Assembly: GCA_964448095.1 (NCBI GenBank)
Contig: CAYUUT010000004.1
Location: 14,289-78,288 of the forward strand
Length of the DNA stretch: 64,000 nucleotides
Direction: 5' to 3'
Origin: an uncultured Candidatus Saccharibacteria bacterium
GTDB taxonomy: Bacteria; Patescibacteriota; Saccharimonadia; Saccharimonadales; UBA10212
Shown: positions 45,244-52,628 of the stretch, piece by piece
How the letters are laid out: each line of letters starts with the position of its first letter
Numbering within the stretch: the first letter of the stretch is position 1
Program-made: the position numbers and the translations under genes
The notes under the pieces: generated by a model
What the model saw: the letters and a program-made list of their open reading frames with translations, nothing else
Database searches by the model: none
Told to the model about the DNA's origin: nothing

Positions 45244-45318
45244 TGGCTCCGGGGAGAGGATTCGAACCTCCGACCTGGGGATTAACAGTCCCTCGCTCTA
45301 CCGCTGAGCTACCCCGGA
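45244..45318 (-). tRNA. tRNA-Asn (anticodon GTT), CCA encoded
   Basis: The reverse complement folds by hand into a cloverleaf: TCCGGGG/TA/GCTC-AGCGGTA-GAGC/G/AGGGA-CTGTTAA-TCCCC/AGGTC/GGAGG-TTCGAAT-CCTCT/CCCCGGA/G/CCA. The anticodon loop is CT-GTT-AA. Confidence 0.93.
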
Positions 45319-45437
45319 ATAAATTATGAGGACAAACCTACGGTTTTTCCTCATCGCGCCTTGCAGCAAAGCTGCATTTGCCTGCGGCAAACCGGCGCTG
45401 CTCTTTTTCCCTTAGAAAAAAGTCTAAGAACAGATTG

Positions 45438-45467
45438 ATTATAGGTTACTCAAGGTGTGAACGTCAA
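45438..45467 (-). promoter_or_regulatory. Candidate strong promoter (TTGACG-18 nt-TATAAT) upstream of tRNA-Asn
   Basis: On the minus strand, TTGACG is the complement of 45462-45467 and TATAAT is the complement of 45438-45443. This predicts a ~110-nt leader before the tRNA. Confidence 0.5.
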
Positions 45468-45480
45468 ACATCTCGAGCAA

Positions 45481-46452
45481 TTAGTCTTCAACTGAACCGT
45501 AGACAATACGGTCATCATTCATGCTCGAAGCCGTCTCGGCCATCCTTCTCATCAATTTATCCATATCGTGCCTACTTTCAACCAGTCTGGGTTCAAAAAC
45601 TTCTGCCCGAACCTCACCCACCTTTACGACGCGCATTGGCACGCCGACAACTCGAGGAGTACGTTTCCTAATGGTATTTACTAAACCATCTTTGACTTTC
45701 GGGGCAATCCTAGTTTTTGAGTCGCCATTTGGTTTAGCGACCGTGTCGGTAGGCGCCCTATGCAAGACACCACCCCGCTTTAGAAAGCCAGATAAGCGGG
45801 GGGTTAAGGATCTTTCTATCTCGCCAATAATTTCTTCGTCCACGCCATGGCTTTCAGCACTTGGGCCCCTTGGCACGCCTATAATTACTACGCCAGAGGC
45901 ACGCAGCAATGACATTATGGGAGTAAGCCCTTCCGGAGTCTCTGTACCAAGCCGGGTCATGAGCATATTAGCCATTAAGCCGTTGCGGTAAGCGAATTCC
46001 TCGCGGTTAACAGCCGTAAAAAGGGCATTGTGGGTAATCGGCGAATCCAACACATTATCATAATGGCCAGTGGCCACCATGAAACTTTGGCCATTATCAT
46101 CCAGGGCATTTGCCATATCTACTATCCCTAGTTCGCAGAAACTATCAACCAAAGGTTGGTAGGCAGCCCCGACAACTAGTTCGCCATACTTTCTGGCGAC
46201 CCTCAAAGAAGGCGTTGCTTCAAGGTAAACATTGCCCAAGCACTGCTCTGGATAGCGGTCACGGTCGTACTCGATCGGAATCACAAGATTGTTAGTGTGA
46301 TTTTTAAGCCAGCCGCTAAAACCGGCATGTAATCTTTCTTCAGCGGCTAAAATCTCCGCAGGAGCCCATTCCGCTAATCCAACTCTGCTCACTTGATGAA
46401 TTCCATTTTCAATGTCATATGATATCAAAGAGTCAGTCTTTAGCCAATGCAA
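45481..46452 (-). CDS. Hypothetical protein (323 aa); faint resemblance to acyltransferase-type motifs
   Basis: Long ATG-initiated ORF with native composition. VATGHYDNVLDSPI and HRAPTDT loosely recall LPLAT motifs I and III, but the spacing is not canonical. Confidence 0.5.
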   Translation of the reverse strand: MHWLKTDSLISYDIENGIHQVSRVGLAEWAPAEILAAEERLHAGFSGWLKNHTNNLVIPIEYDRDRYPEQCLGNVYLEATPSLRVARKYGELVVGAAYQPLVDSFCELGIVDMANALDDNGQSFMVATGHYDNVLDSPITHNALFTAVNREEFAYRNGLMANMLMTRLGTETPEGLTPIMSLLRASGVVIIGVPRGPSAESHGVDEEIIGEIERSLTPRLSGFLKRGGVLHRAPTDTVAKPNGDSKTRIAPKVKDGLVNTIRKRTPRVVGVPMRVVKVGEVRAEVFEPRLVESRHDMDKLMRRMAETASSMNDDRIVYGSVED

Positions 46453-46469
46453 AAAGTACTACAAACAGG

Positions 46470-46660
46470 GTGGCCCAGTTTGTGCTAATATTAAAGTCCG
46501 TTAACAATTTGATTGCTGGAATCCGGTGTGAGTCCGGAACTGTGCCGCAACGGTAAGTCGCGAATGCGAACGAGTCCGATACAGCAAACACTAATAAGTG
46601 TCTCGCGCAAGACCAGGATTTATAGAATTTTATCCTTCTTGTAACGAGGCAAGGAGGATT
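46470..46660 (+). promoter_or_regulatory. Cobalamin (B12) riboswitch-like leader with SD-sequestering helix
   Basis: Core GGAATCCGGTGTGAGTCCGGAACTGTGCCGCAACGGTAAG (46518-46557) closely parallels the E. coli btuB leader GGGAATCCAGTGCGAATCTGGAGCTGACGCGCAGCGGTAAGG, recalled from memory. B12-box-like GAGTCCGATACAGC at 46572-46585. ATCCTTCTTG (46632-46641) can pair with CAAGGAGGAT (46650-46659), which contains the RBS. Confidence 0.7.
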
Positions 46661-46664
46661 TTTT

Positions 46665-47045
46665 ATGAGCCGAGTAGCTCTAACCAAAGTAAAAAAGTTA
46701 ATTATTACCAGCGTCGTTGTAATTACCGCAGCCGGCAGCATTACTGGCGCTGTGATTGCCAATTCGCCCAGCCACAAGGTAGGTACGACACTTAACGCCC
46801 AGCATCAAGTCACATATATTACTTATCGTGGTGAAAACGGCACGGACGCTCTAACGCTGCTAAAAAAGCATGCCCAGGTCCAGGTCAAACACTATTCCTT
46901 TGGCGACCTGGTCACGTCAATTAACGGCAGCACCGGCAACGGCCCCAAATACTGGACTTTTTACATTAACGGCAAAGAGGCTCAAGTTGGCGCGGGCTCA
47001 TATGTGACTAAAAATAGCGATACACTTTCATGGAAATTGCAGTAA
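46665..47045 (+). CDS. DUF4430-domain protein (transcobalamin-like fold; putative extracytoplasmic B12-binding protein)
   Basis: N-terminal TM/signal anchor. GTDALTLLKKHAQVQVKHYSFGDLVTSINGSTGNGPKYWTFYINGKEAQVGAGSYVTKNSDTLSWKL is the typical DUF4430 pattern. Strong RBS AAGGAGG. Confidence 0.75.
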   Translation: MSRVALTKVKKLIITSVVVITAAGSITGAVIANSPSHKVGTTLNAQHQVTYITYRGENGTDALTLLKKHAQVQVKHYSFGDLVTSINGSTGNGPKYWTFYINGKEAQVGAGSYVTKNSDTLSWKLQ

Positions 47046-47572
47046 TGAAAAAAATAAACACAAATATTTTAATCGCATTTGTACTTATAACCTTGGCCGT
47101 CACGCTTAGACTGCTGCCGCATCCGGCAAACTTTGCACCTGTCGCAGCGGTCGCCATTTTTGGCGGAGCCGTGCTGCCGCGCAGGCTAGCGGTGTGGACG
47201 CCGCTTCTGGCCATGGTCGTATCCGATATATTTATTGGTTTTTACAGCACGATTCTGGTCACCTGGGCGTGCTATGCATTGATAGCTTTGGCCAGTAGCT
47301 ATTGGCTAAGGAAACCGAATCTGGCCAAAGGCGCAGCCTTAATATTATCGGGCTCGTTATTCTTTTTTACGGTTACTAATTTCTCGGTCTGGCTATGGGG
47401 CGGTATGTACGCCCACACTTGGAGCGGGCTAGCAGAGTGCTACAATATGGCGCTGCCATTCTTCCGTAACACAGCTATGAGTGACCTGGTTTACACTGGG
47501 GCTTTGTTTGGATTGTATTCGTTAGCCGCTCGGCTAGCGTCCAAAACCGAAGCCAAAGTCTTTGTTAAATAA
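47045..47572 (+). CDS. Small 6-TM membrane protein, candidate vitamin (cobalamin) transporter / ECF-S-component-like
   Basis: TLRLLPHPANFAPVAAVAIFGG N-terminal motif. About 175 aa, highly hydrophobic. Start TAATG overlaps the DUF4430 stop. Co-transcribed behind the B12 riboswitch-like leader. Confidence 0.6.
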   Translation: MKKINTNILIAFVLITLAVTLRLLPHPANFAPVAAVAIFGGAVLPRRLAVWTPLLAMVVSDIFIGFYSTILVTWACYALIALASSYWLRKPNLAKGAALILSGSLFFFTVTNFSVWLWGGMYAHTWSGLAECYNMALPFFRNTAMSDLVYTGALFGLYSLAARLASKTEAKVFVK

Positions 47573-47573
47573 A

Positions 47574-47591
47574 TTCTTATCTTGTTAAGTA
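47574..47591. repeat. Degenerate copy of the recurrent palindrome (TTCTTATC-TT-GTTAAGTA)
   Basis: 2 mismatches to TACTTAACTTGTTAAGTA. It fills the 20-bp gap between the convergent stops at 47572 and 47593. Confidence 0.6.
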
Positions 47592-47592
47592 C

Positions 47593-49347
47593 CTAGGCTT
47601 TAGCACGTTTTAAACTCGTCAGGCTTTGAACAACGGTGTGGCCGAGTTTTTTGCGCCGGACTTTCCCTTGCTCTACGCCGTGATTTTTTTTGAGATATCT
47701 AATGTGTGCTTCCCGGGCGCGCTTAAAGTCGCTCTTGCGCAAGCCGGACTTACGCACGAAGGCGCTGACTTGCTCGCCGCCAATGAAATGCGGCAGAATC
47801 ACGTAGCTGGCGCCGTGGTCATAAAGTGTGCCAGCTTGTTTGGGCCCATCAGCTTGGGCAATGACTACCGCTTCGGAATGCTTTCGGTGCAAGAACTCCA
47901 GCAGCGCTAAGTCCGCCGGCATATCGGTGACGGTGGAAACAATTAGTTTGGCTTTAGCGACGTTAGCTTCTTCTAGCAGCTCGACGTCGGTGGCGTCGCC
48001 ATAGAGATGGTTAATTTTGCGCTGTTCTAACAGATCAACAATTTCCGGATCGTAATCTATGACCACGAAATTTTTCGTCAACTGCCGGAAGACTTTTACG
48101 AATTCGTGGCCGCCTTTTTGATAGCCAATCAGCACCATTTCATAATCGTGCGTGACGGCTGGTTCGCCATGCGTGTCTTTACGCTCAAAGATGCCTAGAT
48201 ATTTCTCCAGCCTGGAGTAGATACGGTCGCTGAAAATTATTAAATAGGACGAAGCGGCGATAGAAACTAGGGCAATAAAGATTATAGCGGTAACGGCGCT
48301 AGCATTAATCAAACCGCGCTTCTCGGCCAGCAGTACAACGACTATGGAAAATTCACTGACTTGCGCTAGAGCAACCGAGGTTTTAAAACTAGTGCGCTTG
48401 GTGTACCCTAGGTAGCCCATCAGCGCCATGGCCACTAGCGGTTTGACGACAATGGCAATAAATACTGCCACTAAAATTATGCTCAGCATCGAGCCGATGT
48501 GGTGCAAGTTGAGGTTGGCTCCCAGAGCGATAAAAAAGACGATAACAAAAAAGTCGCGCAGCGGGCGCAGGCGCGAGGAAATTTCCTGGGCATAGGGCTG
48601 GGTAGCCAGGAGGATGCCGGCTAGCAGCGCACCAATTTCGCTACTTAGGCCGATTTTCTGGAATAATGCGGCACTGCCCAAGCCCCAGGCAATAGCGAAC
48701 AAAAATAATAGCTCTTGGCCGTCGGAGATAAATTTGTGCATTCGTGGCAGCAGCCGGTCGCTAGCCCAGTACAGTAATATAGCGATGATCCCGCCCTTTA
48801 TAGCCAGCGCTATTGCCGAACCTAACGCCAGCGAACGGCTGCTGCCAGCCGAGGTAAAGACTACCAAAACGATAGCAATCATGTCTTGAACCAGCGATAT
48901 GCTGATAGCCAGCTTGCCATATAGCCGCGCCTGCTCGTGCTTATCGCTCAATATTTTAAGGATGATTATAGTACTGGAGACCGCCAGGCTAGCGCCTAAG
49001 AATGCTGCCGTGGTGCCGTTCAAGCCCATGTGTGTGCCGACTAGCCAACCCAAGGCGGTAATCACGCCAACCTGGGCCACACCGACAATCGTTGCCGTAC
49101 GGCCAACTTCTCTGAGGGCTTGCGGGTTTAACCCCAGCCCTATAATAAATAGCAGCAGGGCTATGCCCAGATCGGCAAACAAGGCTAAGGTATCAGGCGA
49201 CTTGGTGATATGAAAAACTGCCGGGCCAACGATGATGCCAGTAACGATATAACCAATGATTTGCGGCTGGCCAATCCAGCGCATTATAAAAGCCACGGCC
49301 GCGGCTACAACTATGATTAAACTCAAGCCACCAAAGACTGTATCCAT
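47593..49347 (-). CDS. Cation:proton antiporter (CPA2/Kef-type) with C-terminal RCK/TrkA-N domain
   Basis: N-terminal Na_H_exchanger-type TM domain (QPQIIGYIVTGIIVGP) and a C-terminal Rossmann-like VLIGYQKGGHEFVKVF region. Confidence 0.85.
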   Translation of the reverse strand: MDTVFGGLSLIIVVAAAVAFIMRWIGQPQIIGYIVTGIIVGPAVFHITKSPDTLALFADLGIALLLFIIGLGLNPQALREVGRTATIVGVAQVGVITALGWLVGTHMGLNGTTAAFLGASLAVSSTIIILKILSDKHEQARLYGKLAISISLVQDMIAIVLVVFTSAGSSRSLALGSAIALAIKGGIIAILLYWASDRLLPRMHKFISDGQELLFLFAIAWGLGSAALFQKIGLSSEIGALLAGILLATQPYAQEISSRLRPLRDFFVIVFFIALGANLNLHHIGSMLSIILVAVFIAIVVKPLVAMALMGYLGYTKRTSFKTSVALAQVSEFSIVVVLLAEKRGLINASAVTAIIFIALVSIAASSYLIIFSDRIYSRLEKYLGIFERKDTHGEPAVTHDYEMVLIGYQKGGHEFVKVFRQLTKNFVVIDYDPEIVDLLEQRKINHLYGDATDVELLEEANVAKAKLIVSTVTDMPADLALLEFLHRKHSEAVVIAQADGPKQAGTLYDHGASYVILPHFIGGEQVSAFVRKSGLRKSDFKRAREAHIRYLKKNHGVEQGKVRRKKLGHTVVQSLTSLKRAKA

Positions 49348-49350
49348 GGC

Positions 49351-50712
49351 TTAAAATAGCGACCAAATGGCCGCACCTCCGGCTACCACCATCAAACAGG
49401 CGATTAGCCAACCTAGATAAGTGGTTAAAGTTTTATTGACCCACTGACCCATAATCTTGTGGCTGCTGCTGATAATCACAATCAAAACAATTACTACCGG
49501 CGCCACAATGCCATTAGCTACGGCCGAATAAATTAAAGCTTTAATCGGGTCAATACCCAAAAAGTTGATTGCCAAACCGACCAACACCGAAAAGGCCAAC
49601 ACGCCATAGAAAGCATGGGCCTGTTTAAAATTGCGGTAAAGACCCTCACGCCACTTAAAACTTTCGGTAACGGCGTAACTACTACTGCCAGCCAGCACTG
49701 GTATGGCCAGCAGGCCTGTGCCGATGATGCCAATAGCAAATAGCCAAAAGGTTGCATTACCGGCAAACGGCCGTAGGGCTTCGGCGGCTTGAGCGGCGCT
49801 TTGGATATGGGTGATGCCTTTGGGAAAAAGCACCGCGCCGCAGGCGGCGATAATAAAGAACATCACTATATTGGAAAGCAGCATGCCGCTCCAGACGTCC
49901 AAGCGCATATTGTGGATATGCTCGGGGGTACATTCATGTTTTCGCAAAGCCAAAGTCGATTTACCATCCAAAATCTCCTCCTCTACCTCTTGGGAAGTCT
50001 GCCAAAAGAAAAGATATGGCGAGATTGTCGTACCCAGGATCGCGCAGATTAGCAACAGCTGGTCTTTGCTCCAAGTAATGGAGGGCGTAGCCGCCGCATG
50101 TAGTACGGTAGACCACGGCAAACGGGCCATAATTGCCGAAGCTACATAGGCTAGTAGTACCAGCGCCAACCATTTCAAGAAGCGTGCGTACTTGGCGTAG
50201 GGCAGAAAAATCTGCAATAATACGCAAATCACCGCGAAGGCGATTACCGCTACGCTAAAATTAACGCCGCCCCATAGCAGCTGCACGCCCTTAGCCATAG
50301 CGCCAAGGTCCGCGCCGATGTTAAAAGCATTGGCCGCGAACAGTAATACGGTGCATATATAAAGCACCCGCCGGGAAAAGTTAGTCCGAATATTGCCGGC
50401 CAAACCGCGACCGGTTGCCAGTCCAATCCGGGCGCACATTTCCTGAACGATGGCCATCAACGGGAAGGTAACGATGCTCAACCATAAAAGCTGAAATCCG
50501 TACTGTGCGCCGGCCTGCGAATAGGTGGCAATGCCGGAAGGGTCGTCGTCGGAGGCGCCGGTAGTTAACCCGGGGCCCAAGACGTTCCAGTACTGGCGTG
50601 ATTTCTTAACAGTCTCACTGTCCTGTACGGCCTTAGCGGCGCCCAGCAACGCAGTGTCAATTACCGCCATCTCATCAGCAGTTTGTTTCTTAAACGATTT
50701 TTTCTTTGGCAT
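49351..50712 (-). CDS. NRAMP-family divalent metal cation transporter
   Basis: GPGLTTGASDDDPSGIATYSQAGAQYGFQLLW matches the NRAMP TM1 signature region. 11-12 TM helices. Confidence 0.85.
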   Translation of the reverse strand: MPKKKSFKKQTADEMAVIDTALLGAAKAVQDSETVKKSRQYWNVLGPGLTTGASDDDPSGIATYSQAGAQYGFQLLWLSIVTFPLMAIVQEMCARIGLATGRGLAGNIRTNFSRRVLYICTVLLFAANAFNIGADLGAMAKGVQLLWGGVNFSVAVIAFAVICVLLQIFLPYAKYARFLKWLALVLLAYVASAIMARLPWSTVLHAAATPSITWSKDQLLLICAILGTTISPYLFFWQTSQEVEEEILDGKSTLALRKHECTPEHIHNMRLDVWSGMLLSNIVMFFIIAACGAVLFPKGITHIQSAAQAAEALRPFAGNATFWLFAIGIIGTGLLAIPVLAGSSSYAVTESFKWREGLYRNFKQAHAFYGVLAFSVLVGLAINFLGIDPIKALIYSAVANGIVAPVVIVLIVIISSSHKIMGQWVNKTLTTYLGWLIACLMVVAGGAAIWSLF

Positions 50713-50790
50713 AATCCATTGGACTCTTAGCCAATATGGTATAACTTGCCAGTTTTTAACACAACCGGTATAAAACCCTGACGGCGCGAA

Positions 50791-51465
50791 CTACTTGTTC
50801 TTGCTGGCGATTTCCTGATTTATGATCTGGTTGAACTTATCCACGCTTACGGTGCCGGTTTGCGGATCGATCAGCTGGGTGTTGTCCAGGACCTTGCCGT
50901 CCAGGAAGAAGGTCGGCGTGGCTTGTTCTTGGTTGGTTTTGGCAAAAGCCGCTAAATCGGCATTGATAGAATTATTGACCTGGCTACTGAGATAATCACT
51001 GTTGAACTTAGTAATATTCAGCCCAAGCTCTTGGGCGTAAGTCTGGAAAAAACTCAGCGGGTTGCTGGCGCTAGCCCACTGGGTCTGGTTATCGTAAAGC
51101 TTGTCGTGCATCTGCCAGAACTTGCCTTGCTGGCTAGCGGCTTCAGCCGCCCGGGCGCTAGAAAAAGCGTTGGGGTGCAGGCTAGTAAGCGGTAGATTGC
51201 GAAACTGGAAGAAGATGTCTTGGGAGTTATCGGCTGCCACCTGCTTAACTGCCAAGTAGAACTCTGCGCATATTGGACATTCATAATCGCCATATTCTAT
51301 CAAGGTAACTCCTTTGGAGCCCTGGCCCTCCACGTGGGCTGTTGGTTTAGCAGTATTGTTGCTGGCCGTGCTGTTGGAGTTTTTGGAAGAGTGCTGGCTG
51401 ATAATGAAAATACCGATAAAGATGATAACTAGAGCACCGAGAATGCTCAAAAAACGCTTGTCCAT
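50791..51465 (-). CDS. Membrane-anchored DsbA-family thiol:disulfide oxidoreductase
   Basis: CPICAEF (CxxC) within a thioredoxin fold. TM anchor FLSILGALVIIFIGIFII. I chose the internal start MDKRF (51465) because it is preceded by AGGAG and it removes the overlap with the divergent 51561 gene. Confidence 0.8.
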   Translation of the reverse strand: MDKRFLSILGALVIIFIGIFIISQHSSKNSNSTASNNTAKPTAHVEGQGSKGVTLIEYGDYECPICAEFYLAVKQVAADNSQDIFFQFRNLPLTSLHPNAFSSARAAEAASQQGKFWQMHDKLYDNQTQWASASNPLSFFQTYAQELGLNITKFNSDYLSSQVNNSINADLAAFAKTNQEQATPTFFLDGKVLDNTQLIDPQTGTVSVDKFNQIINQEIASKNK

Positions 51466-51560
51466 ACTACTCCTAAAATTTCCTGAATTATGTTCATATA
51501 TATGATAACACGCCGCCGAATCTTTGCGGGGCGTTCTGGTTTTAGAGTAAGATAAGAGGG

Positions 51561-52562
51561 ATGAAATTGTTATGGTTTGTAGTTTCGGCAATCTTGTTTC
51601 TGGTGGCAATTCTACTCAACAAGGCTTACCGGTCACTGTCCGCCGCAGAGCTGCGACGCCGGGCCCGCGGCGGCCACGATAAAAACGCCGCCGCGCTATA
51701 CAAAGCCGCAGCCTACGGCGAGAGTCTGGAATTGCTACTCTGGCTGGTTGGCTCGCTCAGCGCCGCCGCCTTGATTATTATGGCTGTCAATTTTGGTTGG
51801 TGGCTGGCGGCGCTGATAATTTTGGCGGCCGGTTTTTTTATTTTTATTCACTGGCCATTTCAGCCATCTAATGGCTGGCAGTGGCAGTCGGCCGCCTTGA
51901 TTGCACCGTTCGCCGCTAAAATTCTTTCTTGGTTACAGCCGGTTCTCGCAAGACTTGGTAGTGTGCTCAAAGACCACCGACCGCCGCATCGACATAGCGG
52001 CCTATATGAAAAAGAAGACTTGCTGGAGCTGCTTAAGATTCAAAACAAACAGCTGGATAACCGTTTTTCCGAAGCCGAGTTAGCGATTGTTTACGGAGCG
52101 TTAACTTTTGGCGACCGCTCAGTTGGGCAGCTAATGACCCCGCGGGCAAAACTCAGAATGGTTACTCCCGGCGACGCCATAGGCCCGCACCTTTTGGATG
52201 AACTCCACGCTTCCGGCCAGGCAGTTTTCTTGGTAGTCAAAGAAATCTCTCGCTCGGCGGCGCCGGATGTTGCCGGCGTTATTTATCTTAGTGATTTGGT
52301 AGACCACAGCGCCGCTGGCGGTAAGGTTCGTGAATTAATGCGCCCCAAGGTCCACTACGCCAATGAAACCCAAACTCTGCGCGAAGCCCTGGCGGCTTTT
52401 ATTAAGACTCACACTCATATGCTCGTTGTAGTGAATAGCTTCGAAGAAGTCGTAGGTACCTTAACCATCGAACAAATAGCCGAACAAATCCTGGGCTATA
52501 AAATCACCAGCGAGTTTGACCGCTATGACGACCTATCTTCAGTCGCCGGCCTGCAAAAATAA
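51561..52562 (+). CDS. CNNM/CorB-type membrane protein (DUF21 TM domain + CBS pair), lacking the CorC_HlyC C-terminal domain
   Basis: N-terminal DUF21 pattern (SAAELRRRARGGHDKNAAALYKAAAYGESLELLLW) and the CBS-pair entry motif VGQLMTPRAKLRMV. Confidence 0.75.
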   Translation: MKLLWFVVSAILFLVAILLNKAYRSLSAAELRRRARGGHDKNAAALYKAAAYGESLELLLWLVGSLSAAALIIMAVNFGWWLAALIILAAGFFIFIHWPFQPSNGWQWQSAALIAPFAAKILSWLQPVLARLGSVLKDHRPPHRHSGLYEKEDLLELLKIQNKQLDNRFSEAELAIVYGALTFGDRSVGQLMTPRAKLRMVTPGDAIGPHLLDELHASGQAVFLVVKEISRSAAPDVAGVIYLSDLVDHSAAGGKVRELMRPKVHYANETQTLREALAAFIKTHTHMLVVVNSFEEVVGTLTIEQIAEQILGYKITSEFDRYDDLSSVAGLQK

Positions 52563-52628
52563 TTCTACGCTTTGGGTTGCCGCTTAACCCGTGCACTCCT
52601 TAGCCCAAGGTGATAAAATAATCAGATA

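Noticed and set aside
44955-45329. 124-aa plus-strand ORF
   Set aside because: It runs straight through tRNA-Asn (45244-45318) and the hairpin-rich spacer. It has an Arg-rich, unlikely composition.
46433-46777. 114-aa minus-strand ORF spanning the 46453-46664 spacer
   Set aside because: It overlaps the riboswitch-like leader and the 5' end of the well-supported DUF4430 gene, which has a strong RBS. The translation has no recognisable features. It is most likely an artefact.
50713-50790. Possible metal-sensing riboswitch upstream of the NRAMP transporter
   Set aside because: The spacer is only 78 nt, and I could not find conserved yybP-ykoY-like elements. It is too short for a riboswitch plus an expression platform.
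50791-51609. Long 272-aa version of the DsbA-like ORF
   Set aside because: The N-terminal 48 codons overlap the divergent CNNM-like gene and its promoter, and they lack a signal or TM region. The internal ATG at 51465 has an AGGAG RBS and begins directly at the membrane anchor.
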